Assembly: GCF_003334765.1 (NCBI RefSeq)
Contig: NZ_QOWT01000028.1
DNA length: 52,994 bases
Reading direction: 5' to 3' (one strand)
Source of the DNA: Escherichia coli
GTDB lineage: Bacteria > Pseudomonadota > Gammaproteobacteria > Enterobacterales > Enterobacteriaceae
Under the pieces are notes generated by a model, which was not told where the DNA came from, did not search any database, and saw nothing but the letters and a program-made list of their open reading frames with translations. This document shows, piece by piece, positions 29,228-46,254 of the stretch (within the stretch, counting starts at the first letter, position 1; the number at the start of each line of letters is the position of its first letter). The translations under genes and the position numbers were made by a program.

Positions 29228-30169
29228 TCAACGCGCTAAAGCTGCGGTCAGCGCCGGAAGGATCTTCACGGCGTCGCCAACAATGCCGTAATCCGCGTAC
29301 TGGAAGATCGGCGCATTTTTATCTTTATTGATGGCGAAAATGGTTTGCGACGCGTTAGCGCCAACCATGTGCTGGATCTGCCCGGAGATCCCCACCGCCA
29401 GGTACAGTTCAGGTTTCAGCATCAGGTTGGAGATACCGACATAGCGTTCGTGCTCCATCCATTTTTCGTTTTCCGCCACCGGACGAGAACAGGCCAACTC
29501 CGCACCTATCGCCTTGCAAAGCTGTTCTGCCAGCGCAATGTTCTCTTTGCTGCCAATACCGCGACCGACGCTGACCACCAGACGGGCTTTGTCGAGATCG
29601 ACGCTGTTGCTCTGGCGCGCCTGGGTTGCCGTGCGGGTAATCGCCACAGCCGGAGCCTGCCACTCCACGGTGTGCGTTTCGCCAGTGCGTGACGCGTCTG
29701 GCTGAGCCGCATCGAACGTGCCGCTGCTGATGGTCAGTACCGCATACGGCGTGGCAATGCGTTCTTCGCCAATCGCCAGACCACCGTAAACCATGTGTTT
29801 CACTGTCGCTTTACCGTCCTGTACGCTGACGGTGCTGGCATCGTTAGACACCGCCGCTTTAAGGCGATAACCCAGTTTTGCCGCCAGTAATTTGCCGCGA
29901 CGGGTGTTTGGCAGCAGCACCAGGCCGTCTGCGCCGTGCTGGCGAATAGTGTCAGCCATGACACCGGCGTAATCTTCGATCATCCGATCGTCCGGTTTGC
30001 CGTTTAATTTCCAGACATGATTAGCGCCGAGCTGGATTGCCTGTGCGCCGTCGGCATCATTGAGGACAAAGGTGTTGATTTGATTAGCTAAAGCCTGCGC
30101 ACCGTTCATCAGTTCCGGCAGACGAGAAGGGGTATCGCTGAATACCCAGACTTGAGAAAACGTGTTCAT
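29228..30169 (-). CDS. fixB: electron transfer flavoprotein alpha subunit homolog FixB
   Basis: 313-aa [33 protein letters not shown]... Confidence 0.94.
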
Positions 30170-30183
30170 AGCATCCCCTGTAA

Positions 30184-30954
30184 TTAAATGACTTTGCGAA
30201 GATTTTCAGCAAATGCGGCGATCTGTTCTTCGCCGTCGCCTTCAATCACGATGCGCTGACGTTCGCGCTGTTTCGGCGCGGCAACCTGTTGTTCTGACCA
30301 GGCTGCCTCTGCGTTAAAACCAATATCCGCCGCCGACCATACCTGGACGGGCTTTTTCGCCGCGCCGAGAATGGCTTTCATCGAAGGAATTTGTGGGGAA
30401 TTGATATCAGTGGAAACAGCAACAACCGCAGGCAGCGGAATGCTTAAGGTTTCGGTTTCATCTTCCAGTTCGCGCTCAACGGTGAGGGTATCTGCCGTCA
30501 GGGAGATAATTTTGCTGACGCCGTTAACTGCCGGAATATTGAGGATTTCGCCCACCAGCAGACCAACCTGCTGGGCATAAAGGTCGGAAGAACCATCGCC
30601 ACAGAGGATCAAATCAAAGCCTGCTTTCTGGGCGGCTGCAGCCAGTGCGCTCGCCGTTTGTTGCGGCAGTGCCTGCTCGAACTGGTCATCAATCACCACA
30701 ATCAGTTCATCCGGGCCGCGCGATAGCACATCTTTACGCCCTTTGGCGTTGGTCAGGGCTTTACCGCCCACACTTAAGGCCGTCACCTGCGCCTCTGCTG
30801 CCTGTTGCTTTAGCTGGCAAGCCGCTTCAATAGCGTTCAGATCGTATTGGCTTATTTTGGCATCGGCTTTGCTGAAGTCTAATGAACCATCAGCATTATT
30901 GACCGCAATATCCTGTTCATCAGGCACGCACTTATAGCAAGTAATAATCTTCAT
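30184..30954 (-). CDS. fixA: electron transfer flavoprotein beta subunit homolog FixA
   Basis: 256-aa protein [35 protein letters not shown]...; start ATG 30954 (the track ORF is N-extended). Confidence 0.93.
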
Positions 30955-31045
30955 TGCATCTCCAGAAATCATGAAGGAAACGTCATTCATATCGGTGGTG
31001 TTAATTACAGATATCACGCCCTTTAATTTGGAAATAAAACTTTAA

Positions 31046-31176
31046 TCACCAATATTGAAAATGTCACACGCAGATAAATCCAACTTTCAATATTGTTAAG
31101 TTCCTCACCAATATTGAAAACATGGCGTAGAAAAAAGAAATTTTCAATATTGCTTTATGGATCACCAATATTGAAA
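31046..31176. promoter_or_regulatory. array of repeated CAATATTGAAA half-sites in the fixA/caiT divergent control region
   Basis: TCACCAATATTGAAA is present three times in direct orientation (31046-31060, 31105-31119, 31162-31176), with the inverse TTTCAATATTG at 31085-31095 and 31142-31152. Confidence 0.6.
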
Positions 31177-31272
31177 GTCAGATGCTATTTTTTTACTCAC
31201 AACACAACATAACAAACTGATTAATAATCAAAATTAACGAGAAAAGCGCCCTCTATTCACCCGAAACAAAAA

Positions 31273-31288
31273 TGTGATAACAATCACA
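31273..31288. promoter_or_regulatory. consensus CRP binding site upstream of caiT
   Basis: TGTGATAACAATCACA matches TGTGA-N6-TCACA perfectly, about 155 nt upstream of the caiT ATG. Confidence 0.65.
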
Positions 31289-31424
31289 GAATGCAGCTTA
31301 TTGAATACCCATTATGAGTTAGCCATTAACGCGTCCACGAGGTTAATAATAATTATATCAAATGTTAACAAAAATAAAACAAACGGGAACGCAAAATAAA
31401 TATTCGTTTTCACAGTGGAATTAA

Positions 31425-32942
<1,518 letters not shown>

Positions 32943-32972
32943 TTAACCCCCAAAATATCAAGAGGTTGAAAG

Positions 32973-34115
32973 ATGGATTTTAATTTAAATGATGAGCAGG
33001 AACTGTTTGTCGCCGGTATCCGCGAACTAATGGCCAGCGAAAACTGGGAGGCCTATTTTGCCGAGTGCGACCGTGACAGCGTCTACCCGGAACGTTTTGT
33101 CAAAGCACTGGCGGATATGGGTATCGACAGTCTGCTGATCCCTGAAGAGCACGGTGGTCTGGACGCGGGGTTTGTTACTCTCGCCGCCGTGTGGATGGAG
33201 CTGGGACGTCTGGGGGCACCAACCTATGTGCTGTACCAGTTGCCGGGCGGGTTCAACACCTTCCTGCGCGAAGGCACACAAGAGCAGATCGACAAGATTA
33301 TGGCTTTCCGCGGCACCGGTAAGCAGATGTGGAACTCAGCGATTACCGAACCGGGCGCGGGCTCCGACGTGGGTAGCCTGAAAACGACTTATACCCGTAG
33401 AAATGGTAAGATTTATCTTAATGGTAGTAAGTGTTTTATTACCAGCAGCGCCTACACCCCGTACATCGTGGTGATGGCGCGCGACGGGGCTTCTCCGGAC
33501 AAACCTGTCTACACCGAATGGTTTGTTGATATGAGCAAACCGGGCATCAAAGTGACCAAACTTGAAAAGCTCGGTCTGCGTATGGATAGCTGCTGTGAAA
33601 TCACCTTTGACGACGTGGAACTGGACGAGAAAGACATGTTCGGTCGGGAAGGTAACGGCTTTAACCGCGTCAAAGAAGAGTTCGACCATGAACGTTTCCT
33701 GGTAGCCCTCACCAACTACGGTACGGCGATGTGCGCCTTTGAAGATGCGGCGCGCTACGCCAACCAGCGCGTGCAGTTTGGCGAGGCTATTGGTCGTTTC
33801 CAGTTGATTCAGGAAAAATTCGCCCACATGGCGATCAAATTAAACTCCATGAAAAACATGCTGTATGAAGCAGCGTGGAAAGCAGACAACGGCACCATCA
33901 CCTCTGGCGATGCAGCGATGTGCAAATACTTCTGCGCCAATGCGGCATTTGAAGTTGTGGATAGCGCAATGCAGGTGCTGGGCGGTGTCGGGATTGCGGG
34001 CAACCACCGCATCAGCCGCTTCTGGCGTGACCTGCGTGTAGACCGCGTCTCCGGGGGATCTGACGAAATGCAGATCCTGACGCTGGGTCGCGCGGTGCTG
34101 AAGCAATACCGCTAA
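32973..34115 (+). CDS. caiA: crotonobetainyl-CoA reductase (acyl-CoA dehydrogenase family)
   Basis: 380-aa [45 protein letters not shown]... Confidence 0.95.
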
Positions 34116-34126
34116 GTCCGTGCGCT

Positions 34127-34209
34127 GCCTGATGCGACGCTAATGCGTCTTATCAGGCCTACGGGAGCACGAATGTAGGCCGGATAAAGCGTTTACGCCG
34201 CATCCGGCA
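34127..34209. repeat. REP pair (BIME) in the caiA-caiB spacer
   Basis: gcctgatgcgacgctaatgcgtcttatcaggcctac and gtaggccggataaagcgtttacgccgcatccggca. Confidence 0.75.
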
Positions 34210-34225
34210 GTCATGCGCTACATAA

Positions 34226-35461
<1,236 letters not shown>

Positions 35462-35534
35462 ACGCGTGGCGTCAGTCGGCTTGCCTGACTAGCGCCCGCC
35501 CAATAACAAACGAACAAAAATGGATAGAGGTGCA

Positions 35535-37088
35535 ATGGATATCATTGGCGGACAACATCTACGTCAAATGTGGGACGATCTTGCGGACGTTTACGGTCAT
35601 AAAACGGCGCTGATTTGTGAATCCAGCGGCGGAGTCGTTAACCGGTATAGTTATCTTGAGTTAAATCAGGAGATTAACCGCACGGCAAACCTGTTTTATA
35701 CGCTGGGGATTCGCAAAGGCGACAAGGTTGCACTACATCTCGACAACTGCCCGGAATTTATCTTTTGCTGGTTCGGGCTGGCAAAAATTGGCGCGATTAT
35801 GGTGCCGATTAACGCCCGCCTGTTACGCGAGGAAAGCGCGTGGATCCTGCAAAATAGCCAGGCGTGCCTGCTGGTGACCAGTGCGCAATTCTATCCTATG
35901 TATCAACAGATTCAGCAGGAAGATGCCACTCAATTGCGGCACATTTGCCTGACAGATGTGGCACTTCCCGCTGATGATGGCGTGAGTTCGTTTACTCAAC
36001 TGAAAAATCAACAACCTGCCACCTTGTGCTATGCACCGCCGCTATCGACTGACGATACGGCGGAAATTCTCTTCACCTCCGGCACCACCTCCCGACCGAA
36101 AGGTGTGGTGATTACCCATTACAACCTGCGCTTCGCTGGATATTACTCCGCCTGGCAGTGTGCACTGCGTGACGATGACGTCTACCTGACGGTAATGCCT
36201 GCGTTTCATATCGATTGCCAGTGTACTGCGGCGATGGCGGCGTTTTCTGCCGGGGCCACCTTTGTGCTGGTCGAGAAATACAGCGCCCGCGCCTTCTGGG
36301 GACAGGTACAGAAGTACCGCGCCACCGTTACCGAATGTATTCCGATGATGATCCGTACCTTGATGGTGCAGCCGCCTTCAGCGAACGATCGGCAACACCG
36401 CCTGCGGGAAGTGATGTTTTATCTCAACTTGTCGGAGCAGGAAAAAGATGCGTTTTGTGAACGCTTCGGCGTTCGCTTGCTGACGTCTTATGGGATGACG
36501 GAAACCATTGTTGGCATTATCGGCAATCGCCCTGGCGATAAACGACGCTGGCCGTCGATTGGTCGGGCGGGGTTTTGCTACGAAGCGGAGATCCGCGACG
36601 ATCACAATCGCCCGCTCCCGGCAGGTGAGATCGGTGAAATCTGTATTAAAGGCGTACCAGGGAAAACCATCTTCAAAGAGTATTTTCTCAACCCGAAAGC
36701 CACTGCGAAAGTGCTGGAAGCCGACGGCTGGCTACATACCGGCGATACCGGATACTGCGACGAAGAGGGCTTTTTTTATTTCGTCGATCGCCGCTGCAAT
36801 ATGATCAAACGCGGTGGCGAGAATGTCTCCTGCGTGGAGCTGGAAAATATCATCGCCACCCATCCAAAAATTCAGGATATCGTGGTTGTGGGTATTAAAG
36901 ATTCGATTCGCGATGAAGCCATCAAAGCATTTGTGGTGCTGAATGAAGGTGAAACATTGAGCGAAGAGGAATTTTTCCGCTTCTGCGAACAAAATATGGC
37001 GAAATTTAAAGTGCCCTCTTATCTGGAGATCAGAAAAGATCTGCCACGTAATTGCTCGGGGAAAATAATTAGAAAGAATCTGAAATAA
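35535..37088 (+). CDS. caiC: carnitine/crotonobetaine/betaine-CoA ligase
   Basis: 517-aa protein [33 protein letters not shown]... with AMP-binding motif [10 protein letters not shown]; start ATG 35535 preferred (SD gaggtg 6 nt upstream) over 35520. Confidence 0.9.
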   Translation: MDIIGGQHLRQMWDDLADVYGHKTALICESSGGVVNRYSYLELNQEINRTANLFYTLGIRKGDKVALHLDNCPEFIFCWFGLAKIGAIMVPINARLLREESAWILQNSQACLLVTSAQFYPMYQQIQQEDATQLRHICLTDVALPADDGVSSFTQLKNQQPATLCYAPPLSTDDTAEILFTSGTTSRPKGVVITHYNLRFAGYYSAWQCALRDDDVYLTVMPAFHIDCQCTAAMAAFSAGATFVLVEKYSARAFWGQVQKYRATVTECIPMMIRTLMVQPPSANDRQHRLREVMFYLNLSEQEKDAFCERFGVRLLTSYGMTETIVGIIGNRPGDKRRWPSIGRAGFCYEAEIRDDHNRPLPAGEIGEICIKGVPGKTIFKEYFLNPKATAKVLEADGWLHTGDTGYCDEEGFFYFVDRRCNMIKRGGENVSCVELENIIATHPKIQDIVVVGIKDSIRDEAIKAFVVLNEGETLSEEEFFRFCEQNMAKFKVPSYLEIRKDLPRNCSGKIIRKNLK

Positions 37089-37196
37089 ATGAAACAGCAG
37101 GGAACTACCCTGCCAGCTAATAATCACGCTATAAAACAATATGCATTTTTTGCAGGGATGTTGTCGTCCCTGAAAAAGCAAAAATGGAGAAAAGGA

Positions 37197-37982
37197 ATGA
37201 GTGAATCATTACATCTGACCCGCAATGGATCAATTCTGGAAATTACCCTTGATCGTCCAAAAGCGAATGCTATTGATGCAAAAACCAGCTTTGAAATGGG
37301 CGAAGTATTTCTAAATTTCCGTGACGATCCGCAATTACGTGTCGCCATTATTACCGGTGCCGGAGAGAAGTTCTTTTCCGCGGGCTGGGATTTAAAAGCG
37401 GCAGCAGAAGGCGAAGCACCGGATGCTGACTTTGGCCCGGGTGGATTTGCGGGATTAACCGAAATTTTCAATCTCGACAAACCGGTTATCGCAGCTGTGA
37501 ACGGCTATGCCTTTGGCGGCGGTTTCGAACTGGCGCTGGCGGCAGATTTTATTGTTTGTGCCGATAACGCCAGCTTCGCCCTGCCGGAAGCCAAGCTGGG
37601 CATCGTTCCTGACAGCGGCGGCGTGCTGCGTCTACCGAAGATCCTGCCGCCTGCCATCGTCAATGAAATGGTGATGACCGGCAGACGAATGGGCGCAGAA
37701 GAGGCGCTGCGTTGGGGGATAGTCAACCGCGTGGTTAGCCAGGCGGAACTGATGGATAACGCCCGCGAACTGGCGCAGCAGCTGGTTAACAGCGCCCCGC
37801 TGGCGATTGCGGCGCTGAAAGAGATCTTCCGCACCACCAGCGAAATGCCGGTAGAAGAAGCGTATCGCTATATTCGCAGCGGCGTGTTGAAACACTATCC
37901 GTCGGTTCTGCATTCGGAGGATGCCATTGAAGGGCCGCTGGCGTTTGCCGAGAAGCGCGATCCGGTGTGGAAAGGACGTTAA
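37197..37982 (+). CDS. caiD: carnitinyl-CoA dehydratase (crotonase family)
   Basis: 261-aa protein [27 protein letters not shown]...; start ATG 37197 with RBS aaaggaa; the track ORF extends 36 codons further upstream. Confidence 0.9.
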   Translation: MSESLHLTRNGSILEITLDRPKANAIDAKTSFEMGEVFLNFRDDPQLRVAIITGAGEKFFSAGWDLKAAAEGEAPDADFGPGGFAGLTEIFNLDKPVIAAVNGYAFGGGFELALAADFIVCADNASFALPEAKLGIVPDSGGVLRLPKILPPAIVNEMVMTGRRMGAEEALRWGIVNRVVSQAELMDNARELAQQLVNSAPLAIAALKEIFRTTSEMPVEEAYRYIRSGVLKHYPSVLHSEDAIEGPLAFAEKRDPVWKGR

Positions 37983-37987
37983 CAACC

Positions 37988-38578
37988 GTGAGCTATTACG
38001 CCTTTGAGGGGTTAATTCCGGTGGTTCACCCGACGGCGTTTGTCCATCCCAGTGCCGTCTTGATTGGCGATGTGATTGTGGGAGCCGGTGTCTACATCGG
38101 CCCACTCGCCTCACTGCGTGGTGACTACGGGCGGTTGATCGTGCAAGCGGGAGCCAATATTCAGGATGGCTGCATTATGCATGGCTACTGCGACACTGAC
38201 ACCATCGTTGGGGAAAACGGCCATATCGGGCACGGAGCGATCCTGCATGGTTGTGTGATTGGTCGCGATGCATTGGTCGGGATGAACAGCGTGATTATGG
38301 ATGGCGCGGTCATTGGCGAAGAGAGCATTGTTGCCGCCATGAGCTTTGTCAAAGCAGGCTTTCACGGCGAGAAACGCCAGTTGTTGATGGGTACGCCAGC
38401 CCGCGCTGTACGCAGTGTTAGTGACGACGAGTTACACTGGAAACGGTTGAATACCAAAGAGTATCAGGATCTTGTCGGGCGCTGTCATGCATCGTTACAT
38501 GAAACGCAGCCGTTGAGGCAAATGGAGGAAAATCGCCCCCGTTTGCAGGGGACGACGGATGTGACGCCGAAACGGTGA
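37988..38578 (+). CDS. caiE: carnitine operon protein CaiE (hexapeptide-repeat / gamma-carbonic-anhydrase-like)
   Basis: 196-aa protein starting at GTG 37988 ([33 protein letters not shown]...); hexapeptide repeats. Confidence 0.85.
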
Positions 38579-38582
38579 TCTT

Positions 38583-38757
38583 GCCGGATGCGGCGTAAAC
38601 GCCTTATCCAACTCTGCTGGAGAGCAACCGTAGGCCGGATAAGATGCGCCAGCATCGCATCCGGCGATAGCTGTCGGATGCGGCATAAACGCCTTATCCA
38701 ACCCGGCTGGAGAGCAACCGTAAGCCGGATAAGATGCGCCAGCATCGCATCCGGCGA
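38583..38757. repeat. tandem duplication of an 85-bp REP-pair (BIME) unit, period about 90 bp
   Basis: Copy A 38583-38667 and copy B 38673-38757 are near-identical (gccggatgcggcgtaaacgccttatccaac...gccggataagatgcgccagcatcgcatccggcga) with a few substitutions. Confidence 0.8.
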
Positions 38758-38786
38758 CCAGGTCGCACGGTATCATCGAAATGACA

Positions 38787-39182
38787 TTAACGACGCATAC
38801 TCTTTGACAACATCATCTGCCACTTCTGCTCGCGGTTAAGTTCCGTGAGCGGAACGGCAGGAATACGCGGTGTCTTTCTTACGCCGACTAATTTTTCCCG
38901 ACTGTTATTGCGCAGGCGCGCGTAAATTTGCTCATCGATATCGACCACTTTAACCAGTCGCTGACACTGGCATCCCCGCCCTTCCAGCTTATTAGGGATC
39001 ATCTTAACTTCGCAGCTTATTTCTGTGACTTCCGACAGAATATAAGTCAGGGTATTAACCGCCTTGCTGTGTTCAATATCGAAATGAATAGAGATCTCTC
39101 TTGCTATCACCCACCGATTTTCAGCCATCATCCATTCGGCGATTAACAAGTAGAGTGGTTTTTCAACATATCCTTCACACAT
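38787..39182 (-). CDS. caiF: transcriptional activator of the cai/fix operons
   Basis: 131-aa protein MCEGYVEKPLYLLIAEWMMAENRWVIAREISIHFDIEHSKAVNTL...; start ATG 39182 (the track ORF is N-extended). Confidence 0.9.
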   Translation of the reverse strand: MCEGYVEKPLYLLIAEWMMAENRWVIAREISIHFDIEHSKAVNTLTYILSEVTEISCEVKMIPNKLEGRGCQCQRLVKVVDIDEQIYARLRNNSREKLVGVRKTPRIPAVPLTELNREQKWQMMLSKSMRR

Positions 39183-39361
39183 ACGAACTCCAGTTTCACA
39201 AATTAAAAGTCTGGCTATGACTCGTTTTGAAGCAATTAAACAAGGCCATATTAAAATTGTGGATATATCGATAGTATGCAACTTCACCGTCGATAAGTGT
39301 GAGCTAAATCCTGCTTATGTCATCAAAAATATCGATTCCCCAAAAGATTTACTTAATGGGC

Positions 39362-39390
39362 AAAAAAAAACGGTCCTCATCAGAGAACCG
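39362..39390 (-). terminator. intrinsic terminator downstream of carB
   Basis: On the minus strand, hairpin CGGUUCUC-UGAU-GAGGACCG followed by U9 (plus-strand A9 at 39362-39370). Confidence 0.7.
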
Positions 39391-39443
39391 TATTAGTTAT
39401 TCGATCAAATTAGCGGATGAAAAATATCTGCCATGACACGCTA

Positions 39444-42665
<3,222 letters not shown>

Positions 42666-42682
42666 GGCTCTTTTACTCCTGA

Positions 42683-43831
42683 TTACTTAGCGGTTTTACG
42701 GTACTGCTCAATTAACTCGATAAAGTGGTCGAACAACGGCGCTGCGTCGTGTGGCCCAGGGCTGGCTTCCGGGTGACCCTGGAAGCTGAACGCCGGTTTA
42801 TCAGTGCGATGAATGCCCTGTAACGTACCGTCGAACAGGGATTTATGCGTGACACGCAGGTTTGCAGGTAATGTTGCTTCATCCACCGCAAAACCGTGGT
42901 TCTGGGCGGTGATCATCACCACGTTTTTCTCCACATCTTTAACCGGATGGTTGCCGCCGTGGTGACCAAATTTCATTTTGACAGTCTTCGCACCGCTCGC
43001 CAGCGCCAGCAGCTGATGACCGAGGCAGATGCCGAATACCGGAATATCGGTTTCGAGGAATTTCTGGATGGCGGTAATGGCGTAATCGCACGGGGCCGGG
43101 TCGCCAGGACCGTTGGAGAGGAAGATACCGTCTGGATTCATTTTCAGCACATCTTCCGCAGAAGTTTGCGCCGGAACGATGGTCAGGCGACAGCCTCTAT
43201 CCACCAGCATCCGCAGGATGTTGCGTTTGGCACCAAAATCATAAGCCACGACGTGGAACGGCAGCTCGTCTTCTTTTTTCGCTTCTGGCATGCCGCCGGT
43301 CAACGTCCAGCTCCCTTGTGTCCAGCTATAGGCTTCTGCGGTGGTCACTTCTTTTGCCAGATCCATGCCGTTCAGACCTGGGAACGCGCGGGCTTTTTCT
43401 AACGCCAGCGCCGCATCCGGGTTATCGCCCGCGATAATGCAGCCATTCTGTGCGCCTTTCTCGCGCAGTAAACGCGTCAGCTTACGGGTATCGATATCGG
43501 CAATCGCCACGATGTTATGGCGTTTCAGGTAAGAAGAGAGGTCTTCGGTATTACGGAAGTTGCTGGCAATCAGCGGCAGGTCGCGAATCACCAGACCTTG
43601 TGCATGTACCTGAGAAGATTCTTCATCGGCGTCATTAGTGCCGACATTGCCAATATGGGGATAAGTAAGAGTAACGATTTGACGAGAATAGGAAGGATCA
43701 GTGAGGATTTCTTGATAACCGGTCATTGAAGTATTGAAAACGACTTCCCCAACCGCCGAACCTGTTGCCCCTATGGCCCGACCGTGAAACTGGGTTCCGT
43801 CTTCCAGAACCAATAGCGCTGACTTAATCAA
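42683..43831 (-). CDS. carA: carbamoyl-phosphate synthase small (glutamine amidotransferase) subunit
   Basis: 382-aa protein from a UUG start at 43831 ([23 protein letters not shown]...); the track ORF begins 9 codons upstream at a GTG. Confidence 0.95.
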
Positions 43832-43841
43832 AACACCCTCC

Positions 43842-43878
43842 AGAGAATATTCACTCACTTTATTTGCATATTAATTCA
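43842..43878 (-). promoter_or_regulatory. tandem ARG boxes (ArgR operator) at carAB P2
   Basis: Minus-strand reading TGAATTAATATGCAAATA-A-AGTGAGTGAATATTCTCT: two 18-bp ARG boxes immediately upstream of the carA start. Confidence 0.75.
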
Positions 43879-44052
43879 CAATGATGACGTAAATCAATGC
43901 AAATCTGCTTACCGACGAATTTCTGGCAAACGGCGGCATTCTGGAGATATGGGCGCTAAAAGTCAACTTAATGGCGGGATTTTTTATATTATTTTGTGGC
44001 TCATGCATGTTTTACATGCATTAAGCGACAAAAAGATCATATAACCTGTTCT

Positions 44053-44068
44053 GGAAAACGCTTGCGCA
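44053..44068 (-). promoter_or_regulatory. candidate PurR box in the carAB upstream region
   Basis: ggaaaacgcttgcgca resembles the PUR box core (A-G-AA-CG-TT-C); assignment is tentative. Confidence 0.4.
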
Positions 44069-44106
44069 GCAAGAAGATTGCATGAAATAAAAACGAGCAG
44101 GGAAAA

Positions 44107-44123
44107 TTGGACCAAATGGTCAA
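44107..44123. promoter_or_regulatory. RutR-type palindrome upstream of carAB P1
   Basis: ttggaccaaatggtcaa (minus strand TTGACCATTTGGTCCAA) fits the TTGACCA-N2-TGGTCAA consensus. Confidence 0.6.
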
Positions 44124-44199
44124 AATTTACATTAAAACAACAAAAACCGAAGACAAAACATGTAATTTTTGGCGCTTATAGATAATTTAAAAACATAAC

Positions 44200-44234
44200 A
44201 CTAAAAATAAAAGGGCCAAAAATTAAAGCCCTTT
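44200..44234 (-). terminator. putative intrinsic terminator downstream of dapB
   Basis: Perfect 7-bp stem AAAGGGC / GCCCTTT with an 11-nt loop; on the minus strand it is followed by UUAUUUUUAG. Confidence 0.5.
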
Positions 44235-44286
44235 ATAATCAATAAATTAAATATGTTATTTTTGCACCATAAAAAATATTTTGTGG

Positions 44287-45123
<837 letters not shown>

Positions 45124-45274
45124 TTAATTTGCATAGACCGTTTTCAGAGTAACCAGCGCATCGCTACGCCGCCAGCCAAAAACGCTGATAATTAGAAATT
45201 AATGATAAACAGGGAGGGATATCAGTGAAAGGCATGAGTCGATGAATGACTGCATGCCAATAACATGTGACAGG

Positions 45275-46189
45275 TTACGGCGCCAGAGCCAGCACCTCAG
45301 CCACCCACTGCTGGAAGCCTTTTACATCCAGATCCAATGCTACCTGTACATTGGCTGGTTTGCCCAGGCAACCGTCGATATCAACCATCGTCGTGCCTGA
45401 GGTAAATTCGCCTTGAGTTTCTACCGCGACAAAACACGGCTTGAGGGTGAATAAGTCCGGGCGCACCAGCCAGGCGATGGCGCAGAGATCGTGCATTCGC
45501 AGACCGCTTTGCATACTGCCGCTACGGTAGTGGCTAAACAGGGCGTGGAGCATTTTTCCGGTGCGATTCAACTCCGGCAAAGTAGCGAGATAGTCAGGGG
45601 TTAATATTGCCTGATTGGTGACATCCAGACCGCACATGACGATTTCGATTCCGCTACGGAAGACACAGGCAGCCGCTTCTGGATCGGCAGCGATATTAAA
45701 CTCGGCATTTGGTGTACAGTTGCCGCGACCAGAAGAACCGCCCATGATCACCAGACGACGAATATACGGTTTACATTCCGGGCATTGTGAAAGTAACAGC
45801 GCAATATTGGTTAACGGGCCAATGGCCACCAGGGTAACAGGCTCTGGTGCACGCATCAGGGCATCACGAATCGCCAGAAACGCTGGTATCCCGATTGGCT
45901 TTCGGTTGTGCTCAACAAAGTCGTAGCCAGCCATTCCCGATTCGCCGTGCACAGATGCTGCATCACGCGGTGCGCGTACCAGCGGCACAGCGGCTCCCTG
46001 GGCGAGCGGAATCTCCGCATTCCAGAAATGCAGCAGTTGCAGGGCGTTGCGGGTGGTTTTCTCAACCGAGACATTACCCGCGACGGTGGTCATCAGTTGC
46101 AGGTCGAGTTCGGGGGCAAAAATCGCAGCGGCAATGGCGACGGCATCGTCAATGCCGGGGTCAGTATCGAGGAAGATAGGTAAACGCAT
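45275..46189 (-). CDS. rihC: non-specific ribonucleoside hydrolase
   Basis: 304-aa [53 protein letters not shown]...; DTDPGIDD nucleoside-hydrolase motif. Confidence 0.93.
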   Translation of the reverse strand: MRLPIFLDTDPGIDDAVAIAAAIFAPELDLQLMTTVAGNVSVEKTTRNALQLLHFWNAEIPLAQGAAVPLVRAPRDAASVHGESGMAGYDFVEHNRKPIGIPAFLAIRDALMRAPEPVTLVAIGPLTNIALLLSQCPECKPYIRRLVIMGGSSGRGNCTPNAEFNIAADPEAAACVFRSGIEIVMCGLDVTNQAILTPDYLATLPELNRTGKMLHALFSHYRSGSMQSGLRMHDLCAIAWLVRPDLFTLKPCFVAVETQGEFTSGTTMVDIDGCLGKPANVQVALDLDVKGFQQWVAEVLALAP

Positions 46190-46200
46190 GTTTTCTCCAT

Positions 46201-46226
46201 AAAAAATGCCGGTAACAAGACCGGCA
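46201..46226 (-). terminator. intrinsic terminator after ispH (end of the ribF-ileS-lspA-fkpB-ispH operon)
   Basis: Hairpin TGCCGGT-aacaag-ACCGGCA; on the minus strand it is followed by UUUUUU, then directly by the rihC RBS (AUGGAG) and ATG. Confidence 0.6.
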
Positions 46227-46254
46227 TTTTCGCATAACTTAGGCTGCTAATGAC

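Noticed and set aside
38583-38757. Possible CRISPR array, given regularly spaced repeats.
   Set aside because: Only two copies, about 85 bp each, with REP-type palindromic sequence and no unique spacers or cas genes nearby.
38485-38839. Small ORFs (86, 93 and 83 aa) with internally repeated peptide segments between caiE and caiF.
   Set aside because: They are translations through the duplicated REP/BIME palindromes; the repeated peptides simply mirror the DNA repeat.
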